Source: the human T2T-CHM13v2.0 reference genome, Homo sapiens
NCBI RefSeq assembly: GCF_009914755.1
Contig: NC_060926.1
Length of the DNA: 64,000 bases
Direction: 5' to 3' (one strand)
Shown here: positions 24,885 to 35,960 of the stretch, piece after piece
Position numbering within the stretch: position 1 is the stretch's first letter
Layout: each line of letters begins with the position of its first letter
Position numbers and translations under genes: made by a program
Notes under the pieces: model-generated
The model's database searches: none
Told to the model about the DNA's origin: nothing
The model's input: only the letters and a program-made list of their open reading frames with translations

Positions 24885-25710
24885 TTACTTATTTCTGATA
24901 ATGAATGTACATGGCATAAAATTCAAAGGACATAAAAGCATACAAAGTGAAAAGCAAGTCTCCCTCTCACCCCCATTCCCCTGGCTTATTTCTCCAAAGG
25001 CAACCTGTATTACCAGTTTTTCATATAAACTTCTAGAAGGCCTCTATGCATATCCAAGCATATATATTCTATTTTTTAAACAAATGATAGCATTCTATAC
25101 AAAAATTCTGTCTGTGTTTCATGTTACACAACTTACAGTTTATTCCATGTTAGGACATACAGAACTGCTGCCTAAATATAATCACAGTTCTATAATATTT
25201 CACTGTATTGATATATTTTAATTTATTGAATTAGTTCTCTATGGGTGTACATTTGGGTTGATTCCAGTCTTTTGCCTTTGTAAGAACAATGGTGCAATGA
25301 TTATCACATACCACGTATATTTAGGATAAACACCTTGATGTGGATTTGCTGGGTCAAAGTTATTGCCTTTGGGATTTTGACATCTATTTTGACACCTATT
25401 GACCAACCATCCTCTGTAAAACTTGAGCCATCCTCTCAGCAATGCATGAAAATGCTAATTTCCCCACACCTGTGCCAACGCAGTGTGGTGACAGGGCTTT
25501 TTAACTTTTGCCAATCTGATGGGTACATAATGATAGTTCACTGTGGTTTTAGTTTAGATTTTCATATAATAAAGGAGGTTTTGTATTCTTTATGAATATT
25601 TTTGTGTGTATCTGAATTTCCTTTTCCATGTACTGTCTGTTCATATCCTCCTACCATTTTTCTAATGTATTGTTGCTCATTTTCCTACTGACTTGTTGGA
25701 ACTTACTGAC
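24885..25710 (-). mobile_element. Ancient L1M (L1ME-like) fragment
   Basis: T-rich antisense L1 3' features (catttgggttgattccagtcttttg, ggatttgctgggtcaaag, ttttgccaatctgatggg). Confidence 0.7.
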
Positions 25711-26149
25711 AGAGAGAGGAGAATTCCCCTTCTTGATGTTTTATATTTCTTAATGAAAGGGCATCAGTGAATGTAAGTCTTGTCCTCCTCTGGTCCCCTT
25801 CCCTTCCCTCACTCCAACTGTGAGGAGGAGAGGTAAATGATCTGATTGCAAGTTTGAGAGGAGGAAGCGTGTATGCCTACCTCGGCCCTTCCCTCTCCCT
25901 CCCTGCCCTTTGGGACATGCCTGCGGAGAATCTGTGCTCTTGGTGGCCCTCAGCTTATGCTCTGGCCTGCAGGCATCTAGAGCTGCTTGTGTCCTGGTGA
26001 GCGGATCTGCTTCATCCTGGGATCCAGTATGAGAGAACCTGTTCTTTACACACCTAAATCACATTCTCAGGCGGATCCACCAGTAATAAAGCTGAGTTTT
26101 GGGTTCTGACTTGCCTACTGCCTCATTGGTAGGGAATTTTGGCAGAAAA

Positions 26150-26480
26150 AGGGGATGCTATTTATTAGACCCCTCATACCCTGATGGGCTTTTTAGTATC
26201 AAGGGAATTAATCTTTCACCTGTGATATAAATTCTAACTATGTTTCCAGCTTTTCGTTTATCTGTTCATTTGTTTTTTTGATGGTGCTCTCCTTTGTTTT
26301 TTGGTGGTGTTCTCCTTTAAATGGAAAATCTGTGAAACTGATCAAGTTTCACCAGATGTGAAGATATTGAGGTTTTGCGTCATGCTTAAAAACACCTTTC
26401 TCACTGCTAGATTATAGAATATATTTTCCTGTGTTTTCTTCAGGTAAGTGCCTGGCTCCATTTTTCATGTTTAAATTCTT
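26150..26480 (-). mobile_element. Further old L1M fragment
   Basis: ttttgcgtcatgcttaaaaa...ttttcctgtgttttctt pattern typical of antisense L1M. Confidence 0.45.
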
Positions 26481-29042
26481 GTGAGTTCCTTCCTGGCATG
26501 GCATGATACGGGAAACCTGGACTGATCCTAGGGGAGGGGGGCTTGGGAAGTGGCAAAAGAAGGAAAGACATGGGAACACAGAGCCACGTGTCTTTGCTTG
26601 GGTCAGTGCTGGTTGGTGACGTGCAGTTTTATGTCCTGGTGCAGCTTCTAGAGTTACCTGGGCACTTTGGCGGGCGGCTGTGGTCGGGAAGGAGGAAATG
26701 CAAAGCTCGAGTAGCCTCCCTCGGGGGTCCAGAAAGGGAAGGGACTCTCTGAACCCACTCGGTGAGTCGGGGTGCTAGCCGTACTAAAGCCTAGGTCTCC
26801 TGGCAACAGGTCCAGGGTTTGTTTTCCGGTCTCACTGGAGTCTAAACCCAGCTTGGTTCCAGTTGAACCAGAAAGCTCAGGGGACAACATGCCCAGCTCT
26901 GAGGTTGATGGGCCCTGTCCCATGCCCTGGAAAGCCCTGCTGTATGGCCTGGGCCTGGCCGACTTCAGACTCCTGCTGTGGATGCCGGCTTTGCTGTGAC
27001 GACCAGAAAACCAAGTCCATGCTGCGACCCGCGGCCTCTAAAAGGAAAGGGGTGACATGCCTCCTCTCTTCCAACTAAAATCTACAACGGGCTGCAAATG
27101 TGGGATCATTTAGAGACCAAAGTCTTCCTGTGTCAGGTACTTGTTACTCTAAGTTTCTTTCACATGTTATAAAGCAACACAACTTCAGGGGAGCAGAGTG
27201 GACAGTGCGCCTCTTTCCCCTCAGCCCTGGGTACTCAATAGGCTGAAGAACAGGTGATGAGCAGCTTGGTGGGTGGCTTCTCACCTGTCTACTAGCAGGC
27301 CCCTTCTCTTCCCACCCACCTGTCCCTGAATAAGAAAACAATCCCTAACCTTTTTTTTTCCCTAAGCATAATTTAACACTGAGTTCTTTGGTTGCTCTCT
27401 GAAGCTTTTTATGTAAATTATTGTGAGTCTGCACGAATGGGATAATGCCTTATTACAGGGGTTCACGAGCTGTGTGTATTAAATGTTGTATTTAAAATGT
27501 TTAGTACATTTAAATTTTATGTGTGAAATCTTTATATTTTCTTTTCCAAGTGCTGTGATCAATTCTGTGTGACCTCTGGTCATTCTTTCTTCCTTGTTAC
27601 CTTCCTTTTCTGCTCAGATAGCCTTGACTGGTCTCCACCAAGGTCTCTATATACAGTTGCACAGGCTGTGCACTGCACAACTCCAGGGAGTACCATTGAT
27701 TTTATAATCTATGGGCTGAAAGGTATCTTTGGAGTTAAGGATTATGGCAGCCCTGCTTCCTTCCATCCATCGTGTGGTCACAATTTACATAGGCAATTCT
27801 AATTCCTTTGTATAATTAATGACTCATAGGTTATATCCCAGGGCCACTTGGAAGCATTTTTGGGGTTACCTGCTGTTCTGTATTATCCATGCTTGACTCT
27901 CCCACTAATGCATGTGATTAAGAGTTACTCCTGCTCTCTCAGTTGAGTTGAATCAAGGGGAGAAGAGCAAAATGTCAGTATGGGAACAGACTAATACAGA
28001 GAGCAAGGAAGGTAGTGGTGAGCAGCAGTCAGGCCGTGAACTGGGCGTTAGAGCTGAGGTAAGGTCCAGGCTGCTGGGCGACCCTTTGTGCTAGGAAGGG
28101 CCTCTTTCCTCTACAGGTAGGGAGGAAATTTGTCTTTGCTTCTGCCCTGACCTTTAACTCTCTATTAAATGGGATTCTGTATCTTTGGGCCAGCTGCTTC
28201 TTCGGCTTATGCCTCAGTTTTTCCATCCAGAAAAATGGGGTGATACCTGCCATGCTAACATCAGAGAGCTCTTGTAAGAACAAGGCATTTTGTGCTGAGG
28301 TCACGGTGAGCCAGCCCTGCAGAGAGAGCTCAAGACTTCTGGGCTGAGGCTGAGGGATGGAGGCTTGGGAGCTCCTAGCTCGCATGCTTGGTGCCTCTGC
28401 ATGAGGCATGCCTGGTGCGTGTCTGTGTGTAGTGTATGATGTGGTGGAACCAGGCCCTGGGGACATCCAACCTAGTGTGGCTCCAGGCATGTGTCTTGGA
28501 TTACTGAGCCTCAGTGGGTGAGCAGATGACAGAATCCTGCTTTAGAGAATATGAAGAGGATTTGAATGCTTAATAGGAAAAGAATGGACCAAACATGCTA
28601 CAAGAAATCTACAAAATGTCACTGGCATCGGCTGGCCTTCTCCCTCTCATGTGTGTTGACAGGGCTTTGTAAATAGTCTGACTAAGCCCTGTTCTCTTGT
28701 GACCTAGAAATTCACAATTTGGGTTTAGGTTTGCTCCTGGGACTTAACGTGTTGGTCGGTTGTGGAGAGAAACAAAGGGGACATGGAATAGTTTCTTGGA
28801 CTCACATCAGAAAAACCCTGTAAACAGCTCGTTGGCCTTCAAGAGCCCCCGTTCTGCACACACCAGCAAAAGTGCCCACTTGGAGGTCTGAAGCACCTGA
28901 TGCTTTATGTCCTGTGGGTTCCCAATCAGCCCATCAAACAGCCTGTAATCAGGGCTGAGGGTGAAACTCCAAAGCCCTAGGAGATGTCACCCACCCCACC
29001 TGGGACACGTAAGTCCACTCTTTAAAAGCCCAGTCCGTTCTT

Positions 29043-29122
29043 TGCCTCTCAAAAGCAGTCATTCACCATCAAACCCTAAAAGATGCCTCTCAAAAGCAGT
29101 CATTCAACATCAAACCCTAAAA
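29043..29122. repeat. 41-bp tandem duplication
   Basis: tgcctctcaaaagcagtcattca(c/a)catcaaaccctaaaa twice, one mismatch. Confidence 0.95.
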
Positions 29123-29166
29123 CACTGGGTAGAAATGGAGGCCTTCAGTAGCAACCTTTACATTTA

Positions 29167-29245
29167 TTAGGCTTGTGCAAAGTAATTGTGGTTTTTGCTG
29201 TTAAAAGTGATGGCAAAAACTATAGTTACTTTTGCACCAACCCAA
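29167..29245. mobile_element. MADE1 (Hsmar1-derived MITE)
   Basis: 79-bp near-palindrome ttaggcttgtgcaaagtaattg...ttacttttgcaccaacccaa flanked by TA on both sides. Confidence 0.9.
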
Positions 29246-30621
29246 TATGAACCACGCTAATCTCAAACTCTATTTTATATCAACTCTTTCCCCTGCAAAA
29301 TGCTAGTTTAGCTCCTATTTGCTGATACCTCCAGGTGTTTTTGGCACTCTTCACCCAGTTTACTCCCTCCACCCCCATATCTATCAGAACTTAAAGCTCA
29401 AAGGTTGAGGTGACACTAAGGGTTAAAGGCCAGCTGTCATCGTCTGCCATGGCCCCAAACAGTGTGTGAGGCTTGCAGGTTAGGATCCCTCCGTGCCCAA
29501 AGCTCCCCCCATGCCCCCAGGCACTGTCGCCTAGGGAGAAGCCAGATCTCTGACCCACAGATGCCCTTGCTTTCTGTTTCACCACCTGCTTCCCGCTGGC
29601 CCATTTGCTGAGGACTGTGGGCTTCTGCATTTCAAGGGGAAATGGAGGGGGGTCCCCTAGCCTGGCCCCTTAGTCTGAAAGAAATGGACAAAATTCCATT
29701 TTAGCTATAAAGCTGAGAAAGAAAGGTATGTGCTCAAGACACATTTTTGGGGACAGGAAATTTCCCAAATCATTCACTTTTCCCTATAAAAACACACTAA
29801 AGCAGTAGTATAGCTATTTACTTACACGAATTAACGTGACATTATTCAAAATGACTATGAGTTTGAGCTTACAACATTTAGGATCTGAAAAAATAATCCC
29901 CTTCCCCCTAGATAAGCATGACATATACTCCACAGTAAGAGTACAGGACGAGAGAATCTGGGGACTGGAAGCAATCTTTGAGTTTATTTTATAGATGAGG
30001 AAACTGAGGCCCAAGGTGGGGTACTGTTTGGCCGTAGCCAGAATGCAAACTCATGATCTGGTGCCCGCAGGGCGCCAGGCTCTTCTGGGGCAGTCTTGCT
30101 GTGTTTGAGGAGGGCTCACACATGAAATTGTCTGGGCAGTCACTGTCTTCCATTTGAACACTGCAAGTGGTTTGGTCACAGACTGCCAGGAGGTAATGAG
30201 GACCCAAGGATTTGCTGTTTCCTTAGATTTCTGGGCCACTTGGGGCACTCAGCCATTGGCTTGATCATGGTAGAGAAAAGCTTGTGCTCACAAGCAGGGT
30301 ACTTTTTTAGATGTAGTTTTTCAAAGAACAAGAGAGAAGATGGGTCCCACTAGGAAGCAAAAGCTCCGTAAATTTCTGACATTTGAGCCTTTGTGGATGA
30401 ACCCCAGCAAATGGCAATGCACACTGGCTAAGGAAAGGGCATGTGGTTGTGAAGCAGCTGAGGAGGCAGTAGGCTGTTCCTGCCAACCAGGAAGCTGCCC
30501 AGAAGTGGCCGAGAAAGGCCAGAAGGAGGAAAGCCCCGTGAGGGAAGCGGGAGTGGCTCTCCTCTACTCAGGTGCCTCGGGGCCAGGCTTGTCCCCAGAG
30601 CATCAGCCAGTTCCCAGCAGC

Positions 30622-32145
30622 GTGTGTGCTGTGTGTGTGTGTGTTTGTAATATTTGTGGTGTGTGTGTGTATGTGTGCATGTGGTATATCACGTGTGTAG
30701 TGTGTTTATGTGGTGTGTGTACGTGTGTGTAATGTACGGGTGTACTGTGTATGTATGTGTGTATGGTGTATGGTGTCTGTGTGGCATGTATGGTGTGTGT
30801 GTGATGTGTGTGTGTGGTGTGGTGTGTTCATGTGTGTTTTCTGTCTGCATGGTATCTTTGTGTGTGTATGTGGTGTAGGGTATGTGTGGTGTATTTGTGT
30901 GTGGTGTGTGGTGTTTGTGTATGCGTGGTGTGTCTGTGTATGTGTATGTGGTATGTGGTGTGATTTGTGTGTGTGTGTGAGATATGTGATGTGTGTGATG
31001 TGTGTGTCTGATATGTGGTGCGGTGTGTAGTGTGGCATGTGGTGTGTTTGTATGTGGTATATATCGTGTATGTGTACAGGTGTGTTTGTGTGTGTGTGGT
31101 GTGATTTGTGTGTGGTTGCTGTTTGCGTGTGGGGTATGTGTGTGGGGTGTGTGTGTGGGGGGGTGTTGGGATGTAGGGTGTATGGATGTAGGTATGTGTG
31201 TATGTAGTGTGTGTGCAATGTGTGGTGTGGTGTGTGTGGAATGTGTGGTGTGGTGTGTGGTGTGTATGTGTGTGGTGTGTATGTTGTGTGTGTGCATGTG
31301 TGTGGTGTGTGTGTGGTGTGTATGTGTGTGGTGTGTGTGTGGGGGTGTGTGTATGTGTTTGTGTTGGGTGTATGTGGTGTATGTGGTGCGTGTACGTGTG
31401 TGTATGTATGCATGTGTGTGTGTGTATGTGGTGTGGTGTGTGTGTGTGTTTGGTGTCTGGGTGGTGTCTTTGTGTGTGTGTGGTGTGTGTATGTGTGTTG
31501 GGGGGGTGTATGGGTGTGGGGTGTGTATTAGTCCTTTTTCATGCTGCTGATAAACACATACCAGAAACTGAGCAATTTACAAAAGTAAGAGGTTTAATTG
31601 GACTTATAGTTCCACGTGGCTGGGGAAGCCTCACAATCATGGTGGAAGGCAAGGAGGAGAAAGTCCCATCTTACATGGATGGCAGCAGGCAAGGAGAGAA
31701 TGAGGAAGACGCAAAAGTGGAAACCCCTGATAAAACCATCAGATCTTGTGAGACTTATTCACCATCACAAGAACAGTATGGAGGAAACTGCCCCCATGAT
31801 TCAAGTTTCTCCCACCAGGTCCCTCCCACAACATGTGGGAATTATGGGAGTACAATTCAGGATGAGATTTGGGTGGGGACAGAGAGCCAAACCTTATCAG
31901 TGTGTGCGTGTGTGATGCATATGTGGCATGTTTGTATGTGTGTGTGGTGTGGTGTGTTTGTGTTTGTGTGTATGTGTAGATATTTGTGTATGTGTTTGTG
32001 TGGGGTGTGCATGTGTGTGTGGTACTGTGTGTGGGGTGTACGTGGTGCATGTGTGTGTACGTGTGTATATGTATGTGTGCGTGTAGTGTGTGTGTGTGTA
32101 TATGTGTGTGTATATATGTGTGTGATGTGTGTGGGGTGTGTTGGT
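30622..32145. repeat. Long degenerate (TG/TGG/TA)n low-complexity tract split by a THE1 LTR
   Basis: About 900 bp (30622-31523) plus about 245 bp (31900-32145) of GT-rich simple sequence. Confidence 0.95.
31524..31899 (-). mobile_element. THE1A/B solo LTR
   Basis: tgtattagtcc...gaaggcaaggaggag...atgaggaagacgcaaaagtggaaacccctgataaaacc...agccaaaccttatca; flanks gggtg / gtgtg. Confidence 0.92.
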
Positions 32146-33962
32146 ACAGGGCAAGAAGACTTCCCTTGGCAATGGAGGGCACAGGACATTTTGATGGGAC
32201 CATTTTGACACACAGACATGTGGCAGTGGCATTAAGAAAACACCAGGAAATGCATAGCCTTTCTTTTATTTTCTTTTCTTTTTCTAAATTCCTAAGGAAT
32301 GTGTGTAACTGTGCTCATCGGCACCCTTGCTCAGACACAGGTGAGGCGAGGCTTGGGGCCTAGGTAATAAACAGGGGTTGTTAGTCATATACGTTAATTG
32401 ATAAAAACAAAACAAAAAAGACAGTAGAAAAATGGAGTTGTGATATATTGGAAGGGACTCCATCCAAAAGCCAGCAGTCACAAACTGCCGCATCTAAGTC
32501 TCTAGCTTCAGGCCTCAGCTTGCCGGCAGCTCTGGGGAAGTCCAGTTGAGAGGCTGCACGCAGCCCAACAGCCCTCCCGGGCCTGTTACCAACAGGCAGG
32601 TGCCCAGCGGCAGGGCTCTCACCTCCCTGCTCAGACCTCTGCACCCCACTCACCCCCGTTAAGCCCTTGTTCCTTTACCACAGGACTCCATCTTCTGATT
32701 GGTTGATCACTGGGGGATTCAAGGGAGGCTGCGAGTTGGAAAGGCAGTTGTGGGGAAGACTTTGGACAGGCAGGTCAGCCTGAGTGTCTGAGGCTACTGT
32801 GGTGGTTAACCCTTCCTCTGCTGGCTGTAGGGCCACACAGGTCTGATCCCTGGGTTCCATTTGTCCAAAATCAGCACTAGTGATATGTCCTGGGCCTTCA
32901 GCTGATTCTGAATCTTGCAGATGCCTGAGAATGACTGCCTCTAGGGATGTGTCCTCATGGCCTGGCTGGGCTTGGGCCCCTGGAACTGGACAACAGAGGT
33001 CTTTATCTCAGGAAGGACTGCATTTGGGTAAAGTGATTGAGTCAGAGTAACAGGGCCTCAGATCAGCCTTGAGGCACTGGGAGTGCGTTAGTCCCCCTCC
33101 TAAGCATCCTAGGTCTTTGCTTTGGACTTGGCATACGCTTAAAGAGCAGGAGAGGGCATCCTGGGCACCAATCCCGGACTGCTGCTGCTGTTCCACTCCT
33201 TGGAGCTCCCTCATTCACTGGAACCATAAACCTGCCCAGAGACACATTGAGGAACGAGGAGGTTGGCACCAGCCAGAGCTGTCCAGGCTGGGGGACTGGC
33301 AGGCCGGGCAGGCCAGAGTGCCTGCGTGCAATAGGGGCCTCATTCATAGCTGCTGAATGGAAGAGAGTTGGTGAGGCAGCAGAGGGGCTTCCCTGGATTC
33401 TAGCGAGCTCTGCTCAGGCACCAGGCTACCCTGTGTCTGGAGGCCTGGCCTGCTGAAACGTACTCTTGCCCAGAAGCTGCTGTCTAAACTTCTCTGTCAG
33501 GGCACCAACTCCAGTGCCATCACCTGACACATAAAGATTTGATTGTATTGCTCCTCATTCAAAAATCATTACAGGGTCCCCGTTAGCTTCAACAGTGTTT
33601 CCTGGAGTAAATGCTAAGGGATGTTTGTCCCATGAGATGTTCCTTAACAGTTGGCTTCAGTGGGTGTGATTCCCTCTTGAGGATGCAACCCAAGGGCTCC
33701 GTGGAGCCTGCAGGGGCAGAATGGGTTTCCCAAGCTTGACCATGGGACACTAGCGCCCTGTCTTTTCTTCTCTTAACTCCTATTGCATATGGCAGAGTAT
33801 GGGGCATAGTTTGGTAACAGTAACCCATAGCATAAAAGCCAAAGTGGTCTTGCATTCAATAGATTATAAAATCTGGTCTCAATCTAAGGTTCTCCCCATC
33901 TCACCCCCTGCATTGCTCCTCCTTCCTATGCCCCATGGATTCCCTTCCTTGGGCATGCTGTG

Positions 33963-34340
33963 TGTCATGGACTGAATTGTGTCTTCCTAAATTCACATGT
34001 TGAAGCCCCTAGTCCACCAGAATGTGACTGTATTTGGAGACAGGGCCTTTAAAGAGGTGATTAAGTTAAAATGAGGCCGTTAGGGTGGGCTCTAATCCAA
34101 TATGATTGATGTCCTTATAAGAAGAGCCAGTTAGGACAAAAAATGAGGCAAGAGATATGCATGTACACTGAGGAAAGACCATGGGAGGATGCAGAAGAAG
34201 GTGTCAATCTGCAAGCCAAGGACAGAGGAACCAGCTCTGCAAGACCTTGATCTTGGGCTTCCAGACTTCAAAACTGGAAGTTTCTGTTGTTTAAACCCCC
34301 CAGTCTGCAGTACTCTGTGATGGCAGCCAGTGCTGATTGA
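33963..34340 (+). mobile_element. MLT1B-type MaLR solo LTR
   Basis: tgtcatggactgaattgtgtc...gaatgtgactgtatttggagacagggcctttaaagaggtgattaagttaaaatgagg. Confidence 0.85.
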
Positions 34341-34504
34341 GCCCCTGTGCCACCCACTGCCCCACAGGGGTACCCTAGAACCCAAAGTGTTCCATCCCAT
34401 AATATGCTTATGCTCCCTTCCTCCTGGGATGCTGTGCTCTGCCACCATATTTCTCTTTGCAAAAACCAAGCAAAACCAACATAAAATAAAATATAATTCC
34501 ACCT

Positions 34505-34750
34505 GTCTTTTAAGGCCTCACTCAAATGCCTCGTCATCCAACGAGCTCTCCCTGGTCTGTTCAGCTGAAGGGAGTCCCTCTCTGTGCCTGCGGAAGGTCA
34601 GCTCACGCGTTTCCCACTGCCCTCTGTTATGTGGAATTGTGCACAGTGACTCCTGCCACCACACTGTTGGATTTCTTGAGGCAGAACTCATCTATGTCTC
34701 AGTTCCTGGCATGGTGCCTGCCACTGAAGAGGTGCTCAATAATTATGTTC
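34505..34750 (+). mobile_element. L2 3' fragment
   Basis: ctcactcaaatg...cctggcatggtgcctgcc...aggtgctcaataattatgtt. Confidence 0.55.
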
Positions 34751-35814
34751 TGGACGCCATTAAAACTATGCCTCTGCAGTGCCTCGTGCCTGCCTGGTAT
34801 CTTCCAGCTTTTGTGATGCCAGGACCCAGAGTGCAGTCTCCACACTGGCTCAGGGAGCTGTGGAGGGGGGAGCTTCTGAGATGGGCCTTGAAGGGTACAG
34901 AAGAGGTGAAGTCACTTCTCGGTGACAGCGAGGAGCAGAGAGCTGCCTTATCTGAGTTTCCATGTAACTGCACGTATGTTTGACCTGAACACACAGGAAC
35001 TCTGGGCCTTGCACATGGAGACAGGCAGTCCGCCAGCAATATGGGGCTCCTGGCTCTGTTCTCTAGGGAAGTTTCTTCCGGCAACCCCACTGGAGCTGGG
35101 AGGCGCAGGCGACCGAGCACCAGATCGAAGCTGGAACCTCCTTCTGGAGGCCTGGGCTGGGTCAGTGTGTGTGTTGTGCCGCCAGCACCTGAGTGGCACC
35201 CGTCCCCTCACATGGGGTTTGTCAAGCGTCTCTGCATCCCTGGCCTCGGGAAGAAGGGCCCCGATGGGAGCGGGAGCGTTGACACCCTCCCCTCTGATCT
35301 GAACACAGGTTTCTAATTTCCCAGTAATTTGCCCTTTCTCCCTCTTCCCAGTTGGCTTCCCTGTCACTTCATTTCCTGCCGTATTCTCATCTTACAGCAA
35401 AGGTGAAGAGAGTTGACCTCTCCTTGCCCCAAAGCGGAATAAAATCCAGAACAGATTTTTGTGAATAAAAATAGGCTTGAATACCCACAGCCAGCCACCT
35501 TGGGCTCCGCTCAGCCCATCTGGCCTGTGGAGTTCTCTCCCCACCCGGCCAGCCCACAGGGCAGAGCTGCGGAGGGTGGGCCGGTGGCCAGCCAGAGCCA
35601 GAGCAGGCCCAGCCGGGGGCTGTTGGACAACTTTATCCTCTCACATGGGGGACGGCTGCCTTTTCCAGTGGACTAGGGAGGAAAGATTGAAATGTCAGCA
35701 CCTGGTGGGAAAAAAACAATTTCTGTTTAGAACATTTGGGAAAATTCCAAGAGGGATGCAACTGATCCCCCTCCCCCTCCTAGTATTTTCAAAGGGATTG
35801 TGGCTTCAGAGCTA

Positions 35815-35960
35815 GACAGACCCCAGGTCCGGTTCTTGCTCTTTTGTGGTCAGCTGTATTATCTAAGGTAAGAAACTTCATCTCTACGAACCTTAGTTTC
35901 GTCATCTGCAAAATGGAGATAAGGATGTAGATTCTGCAGGTAGGCTGGGAGGATACATGA
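35815..35960 (+). mobile_element. MIR SINE
   Basis: ccttagtttcgtcatctgcaaaatggagataagg. Confidence 0.65.

Noticed and set aside
30654-32363. Long Cys/Val-rich and His/Thr-rich ORFs (up to 336 aa) resembling metallothionein, keratin-associated or His-rich proteins
   Set aside because: They are translations of the (TG)n/(CA)n tract and the THE1 LTR, open in several frames only because the repeat lacks stop codons
34330-34983. 217-aa ORF
   Set aside because: GTG start; runs across an MLT1 end and an L2 fragment; no protein similarity recognised
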